A program made the position numbers and the translations under genes. A stretch of DNA of 64,000 bases, taken from the human T2T-CHM13v2.0 reference genome, Homo sapiens. Location of the stretch: NCBI RefSeq assembly GCF_009914755.1, contig NC_060931.1; one strand, given 5' to 3'. The notes under the pieces are model-generated. The model searched no databases. It was not told where the DNA came from and worked only from the letters and a program-made list of their open reading frames with translations. How positions within the stretch are numbered: the first letter of the stretch is position 1; every line of letters begins with the position of its first letter. Shown piece by piece: positions 1 to 41,050 of the stretch.

Positions 1-15115
<15,115 letters not shown>

Positions 15116-16340
15116 GGCGCCGCCTCACTCGGGTAGGATCCGAACTGAGTTTGGGGGGCCCTCGCCCCCCCAGGTCTGACTCTCCCTGGGCGGGTGGACG
15201 CCGATACTCCGCGCGGGACTCCTCGTCGGGGCCCTCAGCGCGGGCCCATGCGAGCGTGCGGGGCACCGGGCGGCGGCGCCAAGTGTGGCCCCGCGTCTGT
15301 GCCGCGCGCGCGGGCGGCGGGCCCGGAGCGTGCTGGCAGTGGCCGCGCCGGGCGGGCGCGCAGCAAGACGTGGCTGGAGTTGGGGTCCCTCCGGGGCCTC
15401 GGGGTCCCGCCCCGGGTGGCGGGGGCTGAGCCGGCCGCTCGCGGTCTCCCCCCCTCCCTGGAGTGGCTCTGCTCGCGCCGCCGGGCCGAGTGCTCTCCTC
15501 GCGGGCGGGGATGGTGGGAGCCCGAGCGGGGACGGAGCGGGAGGGAGGGAGACTGCGGCGCGGAGCCGGGCGGGCCGGGCCGGGCAGGGGCTGAGCTGCG
15601 CTGGAACTGGGCCGGGCGGCGCCGGGCCCGGGAGGGAGGGGCGCGCGGGGGGCGGGGGCAGCTCTCCCAACGCGGGGGCTCCGCGAGTGAGCCCCGGGCG
15701 CGCTGATTGGAGCTCACGCTACTGAATAATTCATGAGGGAAGCGGAGAGGGGCACCGAGTGGAGCAGGTCGGGAAGTTGAGAGAAAGTTTGGAGAAGGGG
15801 GAGGGGCGGCGGGTGAGGAACCCCGGGACCGCCCAGATGTGCGCCGTGGCGGTGCGCGCTGTCCAGGACCGAGCATGTCGGGGCTGGGGCCCAGGGACCC
15901 CCGGGACAGGCCCGAACCCGGCTGGCACCAGGGAGCAGAGAAAACACACACCCAGCAGCAACACGGAGGGCCGCCCAGGCGTGCACGTAAATGTTCACCG
16001 CGCACACAAAGCCCGCTCTGACCTTGCTGCGGACTCTAGATGCCGCTCTTGGATGCGCCCACCACCCTCTAGTGGGCGCAGGGACTGCGTTTTGGGGGAA
16101 AAGGAAGGAAAAGGGAGTAGAAGCTTTGGAGAATTGACGGCCGCCCAGGGGGCCTCAAGGAGCAATCCCAGTTTGGATAGCCTTGCAGCGAACGTTCACA
16201 CAGTCACCCCATAAACATTCAGTGTTGGGGACCTACTGTGCGCGCAACCAAGCCCTGAAAAATGTCCAGAGGAGGCGCGCACTAAGCTGCGCTAGGGAGT
16301 AGAGAAAAATCGAGGAAACAACGGTAAAGAAAAGGTGGGT

Positions 16341-23920
<7,580 letters not shown>

Positions 23921-25439
23921 TCAGTGAGCTGATAAGAATGAGAGAAGGGCAGAGCTTGTAGCAGAGGCCAGGGATGCCAAAGGGCATGGAGGTGGAGGAG
24001 AGAGAGGCTAAGGGGCTGGGGCCAGAGCTAAGAACGACTGTTCAGGGAGTGGAGTGGAAAGGTACAGGGTAGTGGGAGGGTTGGGGAGAGGTAGTGGGAG
24101 GCTCATTGTCCCAGCAGGGGGAAGTCTTTTGTTTCCTCTCTTCCCCTGACAGCCTGGCAGGATATGAGGCCAAGCCCCCCCATGCCAGCAGCATCCCAGC
24201 ACCCACTGGACTGCACTGTGGCCCTTCCCTGACTATTGTGTCCTGGCTGGGAATGGGAGTAGGGGCAGGCAGGAGGCTGGCTCTAGGAGGGAAAGTAAGA
24301 AGGACTATTTGTGGCTGGAGGCCAGGATACCGGGGTCTGGAAGGGACAAGAAGCTCTTGGGCTGGTTAGGGAAGCTTGGCACAGAAAGATGTGTGTGGGG
24401 AGGAGCAGGAAGCCAGGCCGGGTGGGGCCGGCACCGAGGGTAGCAGGTCGGGCCAGGGGAAGGTAGGCCGGGCCCCAGAGGAGATGACGCAGGGCCTCAG
24501 CCCTCTCCCAGGCCCCACTCTTCCAGCCTGGGGACCAGAGAGCTCACCTGAACCTCAGAAAACCCACCCCCCGCTCCATTCCCTAAGGCTGACATCACCC
24601 CATGCGCCACAGCCCAGCAACCTGTCTGGCCAGAGCCTTCCACATCCAGCTGCTGCCCAGATACCCTCCCTCCCCAGGATCCAGGGGTCTAGCCTCGCAC
24701 TGCTGCCCTCCAGGAACCCTGGAATTTCATCCCTCCCCTCGGCTCACTCCTGGGCCGTTTTGCCCCATCAGCTGTTCTTGCAGGAAGGGCGCCCTGCTCA
24801 GCTCGCCTCTCTTCCCGAGAGTCTTTTGTTTGCTGGGTCTGCAGGAAATTGGAGGGGCGGTGCCCAAGGGCTCATCTGCCCCTGGGACCTGGGGGAGGGG
24901 GGCGCAGATTCACCAGACTTAATCCTGGGGAGTTTACAGCAGGAATGGGGTGGGGGAGGGTGGGGGTGAGGTGGGCGGATCTCCAGGAAATTAGCATTTA
25001 AGGCCTAATTCTGAGAGTGCCATTAGATCTCCTTGTCCCGAAGGGGCAGACGGGGCATGTGTGTGTTCCAGGATCTGGGATCCCTAGAATTGAGGGCTGG
25101 GGGAACACTCTGAGGTCACCTAATAGGTTGACAGGGGCGTTGACACCAAGGTAGAAAATCTCAGATACTGAATCCCACGATCTCCTCTATATCTATACAC
25201 CATTTTTAAAAATAGAGATGGGGGCTCGCTATGTTGCCCAGGCTGGTCTCGAACACCTGGGCTCAAGAGATACTCTGGCCTTGGCCCCGCAAAGCGCTGG
25301 GATTACAGGCATGAGTCACTGGGCCCAGTCCCACAATCCCGTCTTTTACACGCCTGCGATCCTGCGGATGCCAAGAGGTGGGGAGGCAGGTCAGACCAAA
25401 CCGTCTTTGAGAATTATTATTTTTTCCATTAAAAAATGG

Positions 25440-25690
25440 TGGAGAGGACGACCCGCCCGTAGCCACACAATTCGCGCCTTCCCAGGACGCAACCGCAGAA
25501 AAAGCGGCGGTGTGGACGCTCTGGCGGGCGGCGTCCTCTCGTTGGTTGCCCTCTCTCTGAAGCCATCATAGTCGCCGCCATCTTTCCTTCCCGGCCGTCA
25601 GTCACGTGGGCAGCACGCCCCAGGCCTCCGACTGCTGGCGTGCAGTGGGGCGGATTCCGGAGGATTCCTGCAGCCACAGTGAATGTTTGG
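25440..25690. promoter_or_regulatory. Small orphan CpG-rich promoter-like element
   Basis: CpG-dense non-repeat patch with YY1 motif GCCGCCATCTT, GTCACGTG E-box (25601) and GC box (about 25647). Confidence 0.6.
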
Positions 25691-25851
25691 TTATTCCAGG
25701 CGCAGGGCAGCAGCGAAGAAAACTGAAGCTCCTGTTTCGTGGAGCTTAACTTCCTTTCTTTTTTTGAGACAGGATCTCTCTCTGTTGCCTAGGCTGAGTG
25801 CATGGGCAAGGTCATACCTCATTGCAGCCTCGAACTCTTGACCTCAAGTGA

Positions 25852-26180
<329 letters not shown>

Positions 26181-26782
26181 TGATCTGCCCGCCTCGGCCT
26201 CCCAAAGTGCTGGGATTACAGGCGTGAGCCACCGCACCCGGCTATTTCAAGTTGTAAAATTTTTTTGTGGAGACAGTCTTGCTATGTTGCCCAGGCTGGT
26301 CTCACACTCCTGGGCTCAAGTGATCCTCCTGCCTCCACCTTCCAAAGCATTGGGAGTATAGCACCCAGCCATGTGGTTCAATTTTAAATGGGATTCGCAG
26401 GGAAGATTTCACTAGGAAGATAATATTTGAGTCCAGAAGACCTAAAAGAGGTTCTGGAGTTGTCTGAGGAACAGCCCAGAGGCCCTAGTGGGGCACGCGC
26501 AGGAGGTGAGAAGAGAGATGTGGTGATGGAGAGGCCACATTACAGGCATGGGCCACCATGCCTAGCATTCTGAGACACTTCTGAGCAGAGGAGATACTAT
26601 TATTTATTTATTTATTTTGAGACAGAGTCTCACTCTGTCACCAAGGCTGGTGTACAGTGACGCGATCTTGGCTCACTGCGACCTGGCCTCTGGGGCTCAA
26701 GCGATCTGCCCACTTCACCCTCCCCAGTACCTAGGATTACAGGTGTGTAGCACCACGCCGGCTAATTTTTTTGCATTTTTAG

Positions 26783-27545
26783 TAAAGGAGGAGACTACCT
26801 TTCATATTGTCTTATGCCTAATTTCTGCCTCTAAAGAAAGAAAAAGTAAAAACTAAAAGGCAGAAATAAAATCTACAAGCAGACAGCCCGGTGCCATAAC
26901 TTAGGCCTAGTAGTTGAAGATCGACCTCTGACCTAATCAGCCATGTTATCTGTAAATTACAGACATTGTATAGAAAGGCACTGTGAAAATGCTTATCCTG
27001 TTTTGTTCCGATCTAATTACCGGTGCATGCAGCCCCCAGTCACATACCCCTGCTTGCTCAATCAATCACGACCCTCTCACATGCACCCCCTTAGAGTTGT
27101 GAGCCCTTAAAAAAAGACAGGAATTGCCGGGCGCGGTGGCTCACACCTGTAATCCCAGCGCTTTGGGAGGCCGAGGCGGGTGGATCACGAGGTCAGGAGA
27201 TCGAGACCATCCTGGCTAACACGGTGAAACCCTGTCTCTACTAAAAAATACAAAAAAATTAGCTGGGCATGGTGGCGGGCGCCTGTAGTCCCAGCTACTC
27301 AGGAGGCTGAGGCAGGAGAATGGCGTGAACCCAGGAGGCAGAGCTGCAGTGAGCCGAGATCACGCCACTGCACTCCAGCCTGGGCGACAGAGTGAGACTC
27401 CGTCTCAAAAAAAAAAAAGACAGGAATTGCTCACTCAGGGAGCTCGGCTCTTGAGACAGGAGTCTTGCTGATGCCCCTGGCCGAATAAACCCCTTCCTTC
27501 TTTAACTCAGTGTCTGAGGAGTTTTCTGCGCCTCGTCCTGCTACA
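26783..27545 (+). mobile_element. 5' LTR (LTR2-like), interrupted by an AluY at about 27126-27410
   Basis: Aligns to 34807-35268; AATAAA at 27484; Alu flanked by TSD AAAAAGACAGGAATTG. Confidence 0.9.
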
Positions 27546-27550
27546 TTTCT

Positions 27551-27568
27551 TGGTTCCCTGATGGGGAA
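27551..27568 (+). other. Primer-binding site, tRNA-Glu
   Basis: TGGTTCCCTGATGGGGAA, 16/18 match to the complement of the tRNA-Glu 3' end (TGGTTCCCTGACCGGGAA). Confidence 0.85.
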
Positions 27569-27843
27569 GCGAGGTGAATGGCGGATGGTCGAGGCAGCTC
27601 CTTAGGCGGCTTAAGCCTGCCGTGTGGAACATCCCTGCGGGCGACTCTAACTAGCCCGGGCGACGCGGATCCTGAGAGTGCTCCCTGGTAGGCATTTGCC
27701 CCAGGAGGACGCTTCGCCAGAGCAGTGTGTGGCAGGCCCCTGTGGAGGATCAACACAGTGGCTGAACACCAGGAAGGAACGGGCACTTAGAGTCTGGACA
27801 TCTAAAACTTGGTAAGACTAGTCTTTGAAACTTGCCCACTCCA

Positions 27844-28048
27844 GGCCAGGTGTGGTGGCTCAGGCCTGTAATCCCAGCACTTTGGGAGGCCAAGGCGGGC
27901 GGATGACGAGGTCAGGAGATCGAGACCATCCTGGCTAACACGGTGAAACCCCGTCTCTACTAAAAATACAAAAAAATTAGCTGGGCGTGGTGGTGGGTGC
28001 CTGTAGTCCCCACCAGAGCGAGACTCCGTCTCAAAAAAAAAAAAAAAA
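27844..28048 (+). mobile_element. AluY with internal right-arm deletion, in ERV leader
   Basis: AluY diagnostics; TSD GAAACTTGCCCACT(C/G)CA. Confidence 0.85.
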
Positions 28049-28329
28049 GAAACTTGCCCACTGCATTTAAGTGGAAGCGTGGCCTGATCACCCATGGTGT
28101 GCCTGTACCGGCACTTTAGTTTTTGTTTTTGACTTGACTTAGATTGCTTAATACTCTGGTTTTGGTTTTGACCTAACTTAGATTTCTAGATACTCTGATT
28201 TTAGTTTTGATTTTAGTTTGGTGCAAACTGCGAAAGTGTGTGTGTGCCCTTTTTACCTGTTCTTTGTTTTGTGGTGTGCGTGTGGTGTGAGTGTGGTGTT
28301 TTGTGTCGAAGAAGCATAGGTCAGGCACA

Positions 28330-28610
28330 AATAAGCCCACCCTGCTAGGAACTATGTTGAAAAATTTCAAAAAAGAATTTAAAGGAGACTATAGAGTACT
28401 ATGACACGAGGAAAACTTAAAACTTTGTGTAAGATAGACTGGCCAGCATTAGAGGTAGGTTGGCCATTAGAAAAAAGCCTGGACAGGTCCCTTGTTTCAA
28501 AGGTATGGCACAAAGTAACCTGTAAGCCAGGGAACCCAGACCAGTTCCCGTACATAGACACTTGGTTACAGCTAGTTTTAGACCCCCCGCCCCCAACACA
28601 CAGCGGTTGA
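28330..28610 (+). pseudogene. ERV gag matrix remnant
   Basis: KTLCKIDWPALEVGWP...GNPDQFPYIDTW resembles gammaretroviral MA (MLV-type EWPTFNVGWP...HPDQVPYIVTW). Confidence 0.8.
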
Positions 28611-30119
28611 GAACAGCAGCATAAGTGGCTGGCAGAGGCAAAGAAAGACCAGCAGAAAGAGAGAAAGGAAAGAGACAGAGAGGAAGAGACAGAGAGGAAA
28701 AGACAGACAGAGAGGGAGTCAAGGAGAGAGAGAAAGACAGAGAGAAAGAAACGCAGAGAGAGAGAAGAGACAGAGGCAAAAAGAAAGTCAAAGAGAGACA
28801 AAGTCAAAGAAAGAAAGAAAGAGAGATATACAAGCAGTTAAGAAAAAAAAAAGGTGTACCCTATTCCTTTAAAAGCCAAGGTAAATTTAAAACCTATAAT
28901 TGATAATTGAAGGTATTCTCCGTAACCCTGTAACACTCCAATACCACTTTGTTGTCAGTGTAAACAAAGCCGTATCCGAAAGCACTGAGGCCTTCCTATC
29001 AAAAATCCTTAACCCAGTGACCCGCGGATGGCCCAAATGCATTCAGTCTGTAGCGGCAACTGCTTTGCTAACAACAAAAAAAAAGTAAAAAAAAAAAACT
29101 TTTAGAGGAAACCTCATTGTGAGCACACCTCACCAGTTCAGAAGTATCCTAAGGAAAAAAGAATTTTTTTTCCTTAGGGGGTGGAATTTATATAAAAAGA
29201 GTATTATATAGTAAATTGTTGTCCTGAAATAAATTAACTGGTTTAAAGAAAGAAATATTTGTAATAAGTCAAAAAGTTGAAGAATATCGAAGAATTGTCT
29301 GCGAAAACCATGAAAGAAAAAAAGTTATAAAAAAGAATTTATGCAAAAATGTAGTATAATTTAAAAGTAACTAGGCCTCCTGAATGTAAAACTATTTAAA
29401 AAAAAAAACAAACCAGTTTATGTGCAAGGTGTATAAGAAAAGTAAAATATACCTTTGGTAAGGAGGCATAAGAATGTACATTTTTACCTATGTTAAAAAG
29501 TTAAAACAAATTATTGTTTTAAAAGTTTAAGCAAGTTTTAAAATGTTAATTGTAAAGAAAATTCTGTATGTAAACATATTAGCTAAAGTTAAAGAAGTAT
29601 CATCCAGTTTTTCTGTGAACTGGACATTAAAGTAAAAGCATAACAGGTTTTTCTTAAAGCACCAACCTGCTCTTTAGCAAAAATTATAAAAAGTTAAAAA
29701 GAGTCTATAAAATCTTACCTTATGGTCAAACATTAAAAATTAGATAAATATGTCTATAAAGTTTTATTAAAATTAGGTTTAACATTCATAACACACGAAT
29801 ATAAAGATAAAATTTAGCTTATCTGGTATGAAAATCATACGAGAAGCATTGTTAAATGTAAAAAAAATTTGGCTTTCTTTAGTTTAAAAACTAATAAAAA
29901 TAGGTGCTAAAGGAAATTTCTCAGTAAAAAGGCACTAAGGACTATAAAGTCCACGGCCAAGGTCCCCACATTTAAAACAAAAAGACAATTTCTTAAAAAT
30001 CATATACTTGGTTTACCTTCCACTTTCCTTTCTCTCAAAAACTAAAAGTCTTTTAGCACATGTACCACCCCTAGAATTTCCGGTAAACCAGCACCAGCCT
30101 GAAGATCATATTCTCATCA

Positions 30120-31500
30120 AACTGTGGAAGAAAAACTCAAGCCAGCCTGGGAAGGACCCTGCCTTGTGCTGCTAACCACCAAGACTGCTGTTCGTACAGA
30201 AAAAAAAAAAAAGAATGGACTCATCACATCCGAGTCAAGAAAGTGCCACCCCCTCCAGAGTTGTAGGCCATAGTCCCAAAGGAAAACCCTATCAAACTAA
30301 AGCTAAGAAAAACTTAACTCTTTTCATCTATTCTATTACTCTTTCTTCTTTCCTCATTCTATTGCTGACCATCTAGTTATTAACATAACCAAGTCAATTT
30401 CTCCTCAAACTATTGCATTTAATGATTGCTTTGTTATACCCTGTGAGGACTTGCCAAGTCAAAGACAGCTCTCTACTTCAGAAAAGCACTTCTGTCTCTC
30501 CTGACTCTCCTCAGACTGGGCATTAGTAAACTAGGACCATTTAATCCAGGGAGATTTCGATAAAGACCCCAGTGCCAACGAAGAGTCTTGCCCCCGACGT
30601 AGAGCTTTCATGCCATAGTTGGTCCAATGTTCTGTGGACCATTAAAGAGCAAAGATGGACTGCCCCAACCGGTTTTTATAATTTCCTAAAATCATACATT
30701 AATTTTACTAGAGGATCATAGAAGTTAAAGACTTAAAACAAATTTTAGCAATTAAGACAGGATACCAACATGCAAATGCCTAGTTAAAATGGATCAAATA
30801 TTCCATCTGCACATTAAACAAAAGCAATTGTTATGCTTGTGCACATGGCAGGCCAGAGGCCCAGACTGTCCCCCTTCCACTAAGGTGGTCCTCCAGTCGA
30901 CCAGGTGTAGGTTGCATGGTAGCTCTTTTCCAGGATTCTACAGCCTGGAGTAATAAGTCATGCCAAGCTCTCTCTGCTGTATCCCTAAGTCTGGCACCCT
31001 GCGGGTCAGCCCCTGAGGGCCATCCAGCTTCCGTCTCCCAACACTAAGTTCACTTCGTGTCTCTCACTACAGGGAGGAAACTTAGCATTCCTTGGAGACC
31101 TGAAGGGATGCGATGAGCTTAAGAATTTTCAAGAGCTTATTAATCAGTCAGCCCTTGTTCATCCCTGAGCGGATGTGTGGTGGTATTTTGGTGGACCTTT
31201 ACTAGGCACTCTGCCGAATAACTGGAGTGGCACTTGTACTTTAGTCCAATTGGCTATCCCTTTCACCCTGGCATTTCATCAACCAGAGGGAGAAAAAATA
31301 AGACATTGTAAAGCGAGAGAAGCCCCTTATGGGTCTTTTGACTCTCATGTCTATTTAGACGCAATTGGAGTCCCATGAGGAATACCAGATCAATTTAAAG
31401 CTTGAAATCAAATAGCTGCAGGATTTGAGTCAATATTTTGGTGAGTGACAGTTAATAAAAATGTAGATTAGATAAACTACATCTATTACAACCAACAGCA
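30120..31500 (+). pseudogene. Integrase C-terminus plus first env remnant
   Basis: AWEGPCLVLLTTKTAVRT, then NCYACAHGRPEAQ, WWYFGGPLLGTLPNNWSGTC, YLDAIGVP, INYIYYNQQ with multiple stops. Confidence 0.72.
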
Positions 31501-31502
31501 AT

Positions 31503-32060
31503 GAGCTTTTCATGAGTTAAAAGAAAAACTCATGTCGGCCCCAGCCCTGAGGCTACCTGAACCCTTTACACCCTACGTGTCAGAAAGAGAAAAAAAGGCA
31601 GTTAGAGTTTTAACCCAGACTGTAGGGCCCTGGGCAAGGCCAGTGGCCTATCTCTCAAAACAACTAGACAAGGTTTCCAAAGGCTGGCCCCCAGGTTTAA
31701 GGGCCCTAGCAGCAATGGCCCTGTTAGCACAAGAAGCAGATAAACTAACCCTTAGGCAAAACCTGAATATAAAGTCCCCCCATGCTGTGGTAACTTGAAT
31801 GACTACCAAAGGACCTCATTGGTTACAAATGCTAGATTAACCAAGTACCAAAGCTTGCTATGTGAAAATCCCCACATAACCATTGAAGTTTGCAACACCC
31901 TAAACCCCACCACCTTGCTGCCAGTATCAGAAAGCCCAGTTGAACATAACTGTATAGGGGTGTTAGACTCAGTTTATCCTAGCAGGCCCAACCTCCGAAA
32001 CCATCCTTAAACATCAGTAGACTGTGAGCAGTATGTGGACGGAAGCAGCTTCGCCAGCCC
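31503..32060 (+). pseudogene. pol RT-connection/RNase H remnant
   Basis: LMSAPALRLP...VLTQTVGPWARPVAYLSKQLDKVSKGWPP...TNARLTKYQSLLC. Confidence 0.85.
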
Positions 32061-33157
32061 CTGCAAAGTGACTCTGAAGAAGATGACAAGCCCTGCTCCA
32101 GTCACACCCGGAAGCTGACTGGTCCACGCATGGCCGAAGCATGAGAAAACTCATCGCAGGACTCATTTGCCTTAAAATTTGGAATTTTACAGTAAGGACT
32201 TCAACTGACCTTCCTCAGACTGAGGACTGTTCCCAGTATATACATCAAGTCACTGAGGTAGGACAAAAGGTTGCTATGGTCCTATTATTTTACAGTTATT
32301 ATAAGTGTACTAGAACTCTAAAAAAGCCTTGTTTGTATAATGTTATTCTGTACAAGGTATGTAGCCCAGGAAATGACCAACCTGATGTGCGTTATGACCC
32401 ACCTGAGCCTCCCATGACCACAGTTTTTAAAATAAGATTAAGAATGAAGACTGGTGGGGGCTCACAAACGATATGAGTAAAGTGTTAACCAAAACAGAAG
32501 AAAAAGAGGTGCCCAAACAAGTCACGTTAAAATTTGATGCCTGTGCTATCATTAATAGTAATAAGTTGGGAATAAGGTGTAGTTCTCTTAATTAGAAAAG
32601 AGGCTATATGGCAGAAAATAAGTACATCTGTCATAAATTAGGACTGTGTGGAAATAAATGTAAATACTGGTCTTGTGTCATTTAAGCCACTTAAATTAAA
32701 AAAAAATAAAAAGGACCCAGTCCACCTTCAGAAAGGAAAAAATGGCCCTTCCTGTACTAAAGGACAATGTAACCCTTTAGAGCTAGTAATAACCAATCCC
32801 CTTGATCCTCGCTAGAAAAAAGAGGAGCGTGTGACCTTAGGAATCAACGGGGCTGGACTGGATCCTCGAGTAAATATCTTAGTTCGAGGAGAAGTTTATA
32901 AACGCTCTCCTGAGCCAGTATTTCAAAACTTCTATGATAAACTAAAAGTGCCAGTACCAGAAATTCCAGGAAAAACAAGAAATTTGTTTTTGCAATTAGC
33001 CGAGCGTGCAGCCCAGTCTCTCAATGTCACTTCCTGTTATATATGTGGAGGAGCTGTAATAGGAGATCAATGGCCATGGGAAGCCCGAGAATTGGTACCT
33101 ACATACCCAGTTCCTGATGAATTCCTGGCACAAAAAAATCACCCTGATCACTTCTAG

Positions 33158-33731
<574 letters not shown>

Positions 33732-34367
33732 TATTGGCACTATTAAACCATCTTTCTTCCTACTGCCCATAAAAACAGGCCAACTCCTAGGCTTCCCTGT
33801 CTATGCTTCCCGTGAAAAGAGAAGCATAGCCATAGGAAATTCAAAAAATGATAAATGGCCCTCTGAGAGAATCATACAATATTATAGGCCTGCTACTTAG
33901 ACACAAGACGGCTCGTGAAGATACTGGACCCCCATTTATATAATCAACTGAATCATATGGTTACAAGCTGTCTTAAAAATAATCACTAATAAAACCAGCA
34001 GAGCCTTGACTATTCTAGGCCGGCAAGAAACTCAGATGAGAAATGCTCTCTATCAAAATAGATTAGCTCTCGACTACTTGCTAGCAGCTGAAGGAGAGGT
34101 CTGTAAGAAATTTAACCTTACTAATTGCTGCCTACACATAGATAATCAAAGGCAAGTAGTTGAAGACATAGAGATATGACAAAACTGGCACATGTGCCTA
34201 GGCAAGTGTGGCATGGATTTGATCCTGAGGCCATGTTTAGAAAATGGTTCCCAGTGCTAAGAGAATTTAAAAGTCTTATAATAAGAGTTATAATAGTAAT
34301 AGGAACCTGCTTACTGCTCCTTTGTTTGCTACCTGTACTTCTTCAAATGATAAAAAGCTTCATTGCA

Positions 34368-34666
<299 letters not shown>

Positions 34667-34806
34667 TCATCGCTACCTTAGTTCACCAAAATGCTTCAGC
34701 ACAAGTGTACTATATGAATCACTATCGATCTGTCGTGCAAGAAGACATGGGTAGTGAGAATGAAAGTGAGAACTTCCACTATTGAGTGAGTCTCAAAGGG
34801 GAGGAA

Positions 34807-35268
34807 TAAAGGAAGAGACCGCCCCTCATATTGTCTTATGCCCAATTTCTGCCTCCAAAGAAAGAAAAAGTAAAAACTAAAAGGCAGAAATAAAATCCAC
34901 AAGCAGACAGCCTGGTGCCACACCCTAGGCCTAGTAGTTAAAGATCGACCCCTGACCTAATCGGTTATGTTATCTATAGATTATAGACATTGTATAGAAA
35001 AGCACTGTGAAAATCCCTGTCCTGTTTTCTTCCAATCTAATTACCGGTGCATGCAGCCCCCAGTCACGTACCCCCTGCTTGCTCAATCGATCAAGACCCT
35101 CTCTTGCGCGCCCCCTGAGAGTTGTGAGCCCTTAAAAAAGACAGGAATTGCTCACTCGAGGAGCTTGGCTCTTGAGACAAGAGTCTTGCCGATGCCCCCG
35201 GCCGAATAAACCCCTTCCTTCTTTAACTCAGTGTCTGAGGAGTTTTGTCTGCGGCTCGTCCTGCTACA
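34807..35268 (+). mobile_element. 3' LTR (LTR2-like)
   Basis: Follows the PPT; AATAAA at 35205; ends CTGCTACA. Confidence 0.92.
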
Positions 35269-35399
35269 TTAATGGAAATACAATGTTGGCCAGGCTGGTC
35301 CTAAACGCCTGACCTCAAGTGATCCACCCGCCTTGGCCTCCCCAAATGGTGGGAGTACAGGCGTGAGCCACCGCGCCCAGCCGGGAGATGCTGTTAATA

Positions 35400-39890
<4,491 letters not shown>

Positions 39891-40239
39891 GGAAATGTAT
39901 CTGAAACTTTCCAAGCTCCAATTTCCTAATCTGAAAAATTGAAATAGCGGTACCTACCTCACAGAGTGGCTAATTTAATGCAGTGCTATTTGCAAGGGAT
40001 AATTTATCAAACCTTTAGGCGTTGTTCTAAAGTGCCCATTAAATGCTCACTGAACTCACAGCCTTAGGAGGGAGGTTCGAGTTTATGCCCATTTTACATA
40101 TGAGGACGCGTTGGCAGGTGGTACTGCTGTTCATGGGATCTGTAAAGAGTGAAGAAGGAGTCTCAGCTCTCAGTAGAGTTCATAGGCTCTAGGATTTCTG
40201 CTGGAAGTGAGAACACTGCAGGGAGGCAAGAAAGCGGGC

Positions 40240-41050
40240 ATCAGACGGTGCAAAGCGACCCTGGGCCCAGATCGGCGGCCAATGGCTCCCTCCGGTGGCG
40301 GAAGCGAAGAGCGCAGCTGGATCGGGCGCGAAGGGAGGATCCCCGCAGCGGGTGAGGGGCGAGGCTGGGACCCGGTGGAGGTTCTAGGGTTTTGAGAGGT
40401 TGGAGGACTAGAACTCCAGAAGTCCCTGAACGAAGTGGGCCGGATTTCCCGTGACGCACCTGGCCCAGGTGTTGCAGCCCCGCCCACCTCCCTGCCGCTT
40501 TCCGCCATCCTCACACGCCCCCTTTAGTGGGGTGGCTGCTCACCGCACCTCGGAGCTCGGACTGGGGTCCGGCCCCTGCGGCGACGATTGTTTGTACCTA
40601 AGTGAAGGAGGCTCCGAGACCCGCGGCCCACGTCCTGCCGGAGACGCTTGTCTGCAGGGCTGCATTGCATCCCCGGGCGCACGTGGAGCTGGAGCAGCGC
40701 AGGCTGGGGAAGAGCAGAGAGGGTCGGGCTTCTCCGGGCGCGCCCATGGGGCGGGGCCGAGGACGGGGACCAATAGCGCGCGCGTGCTGGTGGGGGTGGG
40801 GACAGGCTCCAGGCCTGGCATCCCGGTAGCCGCAGCTGTCTTTTCCGGCCCCCGTGCACTCTCCGCCCGAGGCGGAGCCCCCCGGCTCGCGGGGATCGCC
40901 CCCGAGCGCTGCGTCCTGCGGGTGGGTGAGTGAGCGCCTCGCGGCCCCCGAGCTGTGGGGTGCACCTGGCCGGGGAGAAGGATATCTTGGCTCCCTTGCA
41001 CCCCAACGGGCGCAAAGGGGCAGGAGCCCGGATTGGGGGAGGAGGAGGAC
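40240..41050. promoter_or_regulatory. SLC12A9: CpG island / SLC12A9 promoter
   Basis: CpG-dense; GC box 40748-40756; CCAAT 40770-40774. Confidence 0.82.
40860..40925 (+). other. SLC12A9: SLC12A9 non-coding exon 1 (start approximate)
   Basis: Inside CpG island, ends at donor GG|GTGAGT (40926); next acceptor at 42242 precedes the ATG exon. Confidence 0.7.

Noticed and set aside
24376-24969. 197-aa intergenic ORF
   Set aside because: Non-ATG start, low-complexity GC-rich composition, no recognisable homology.
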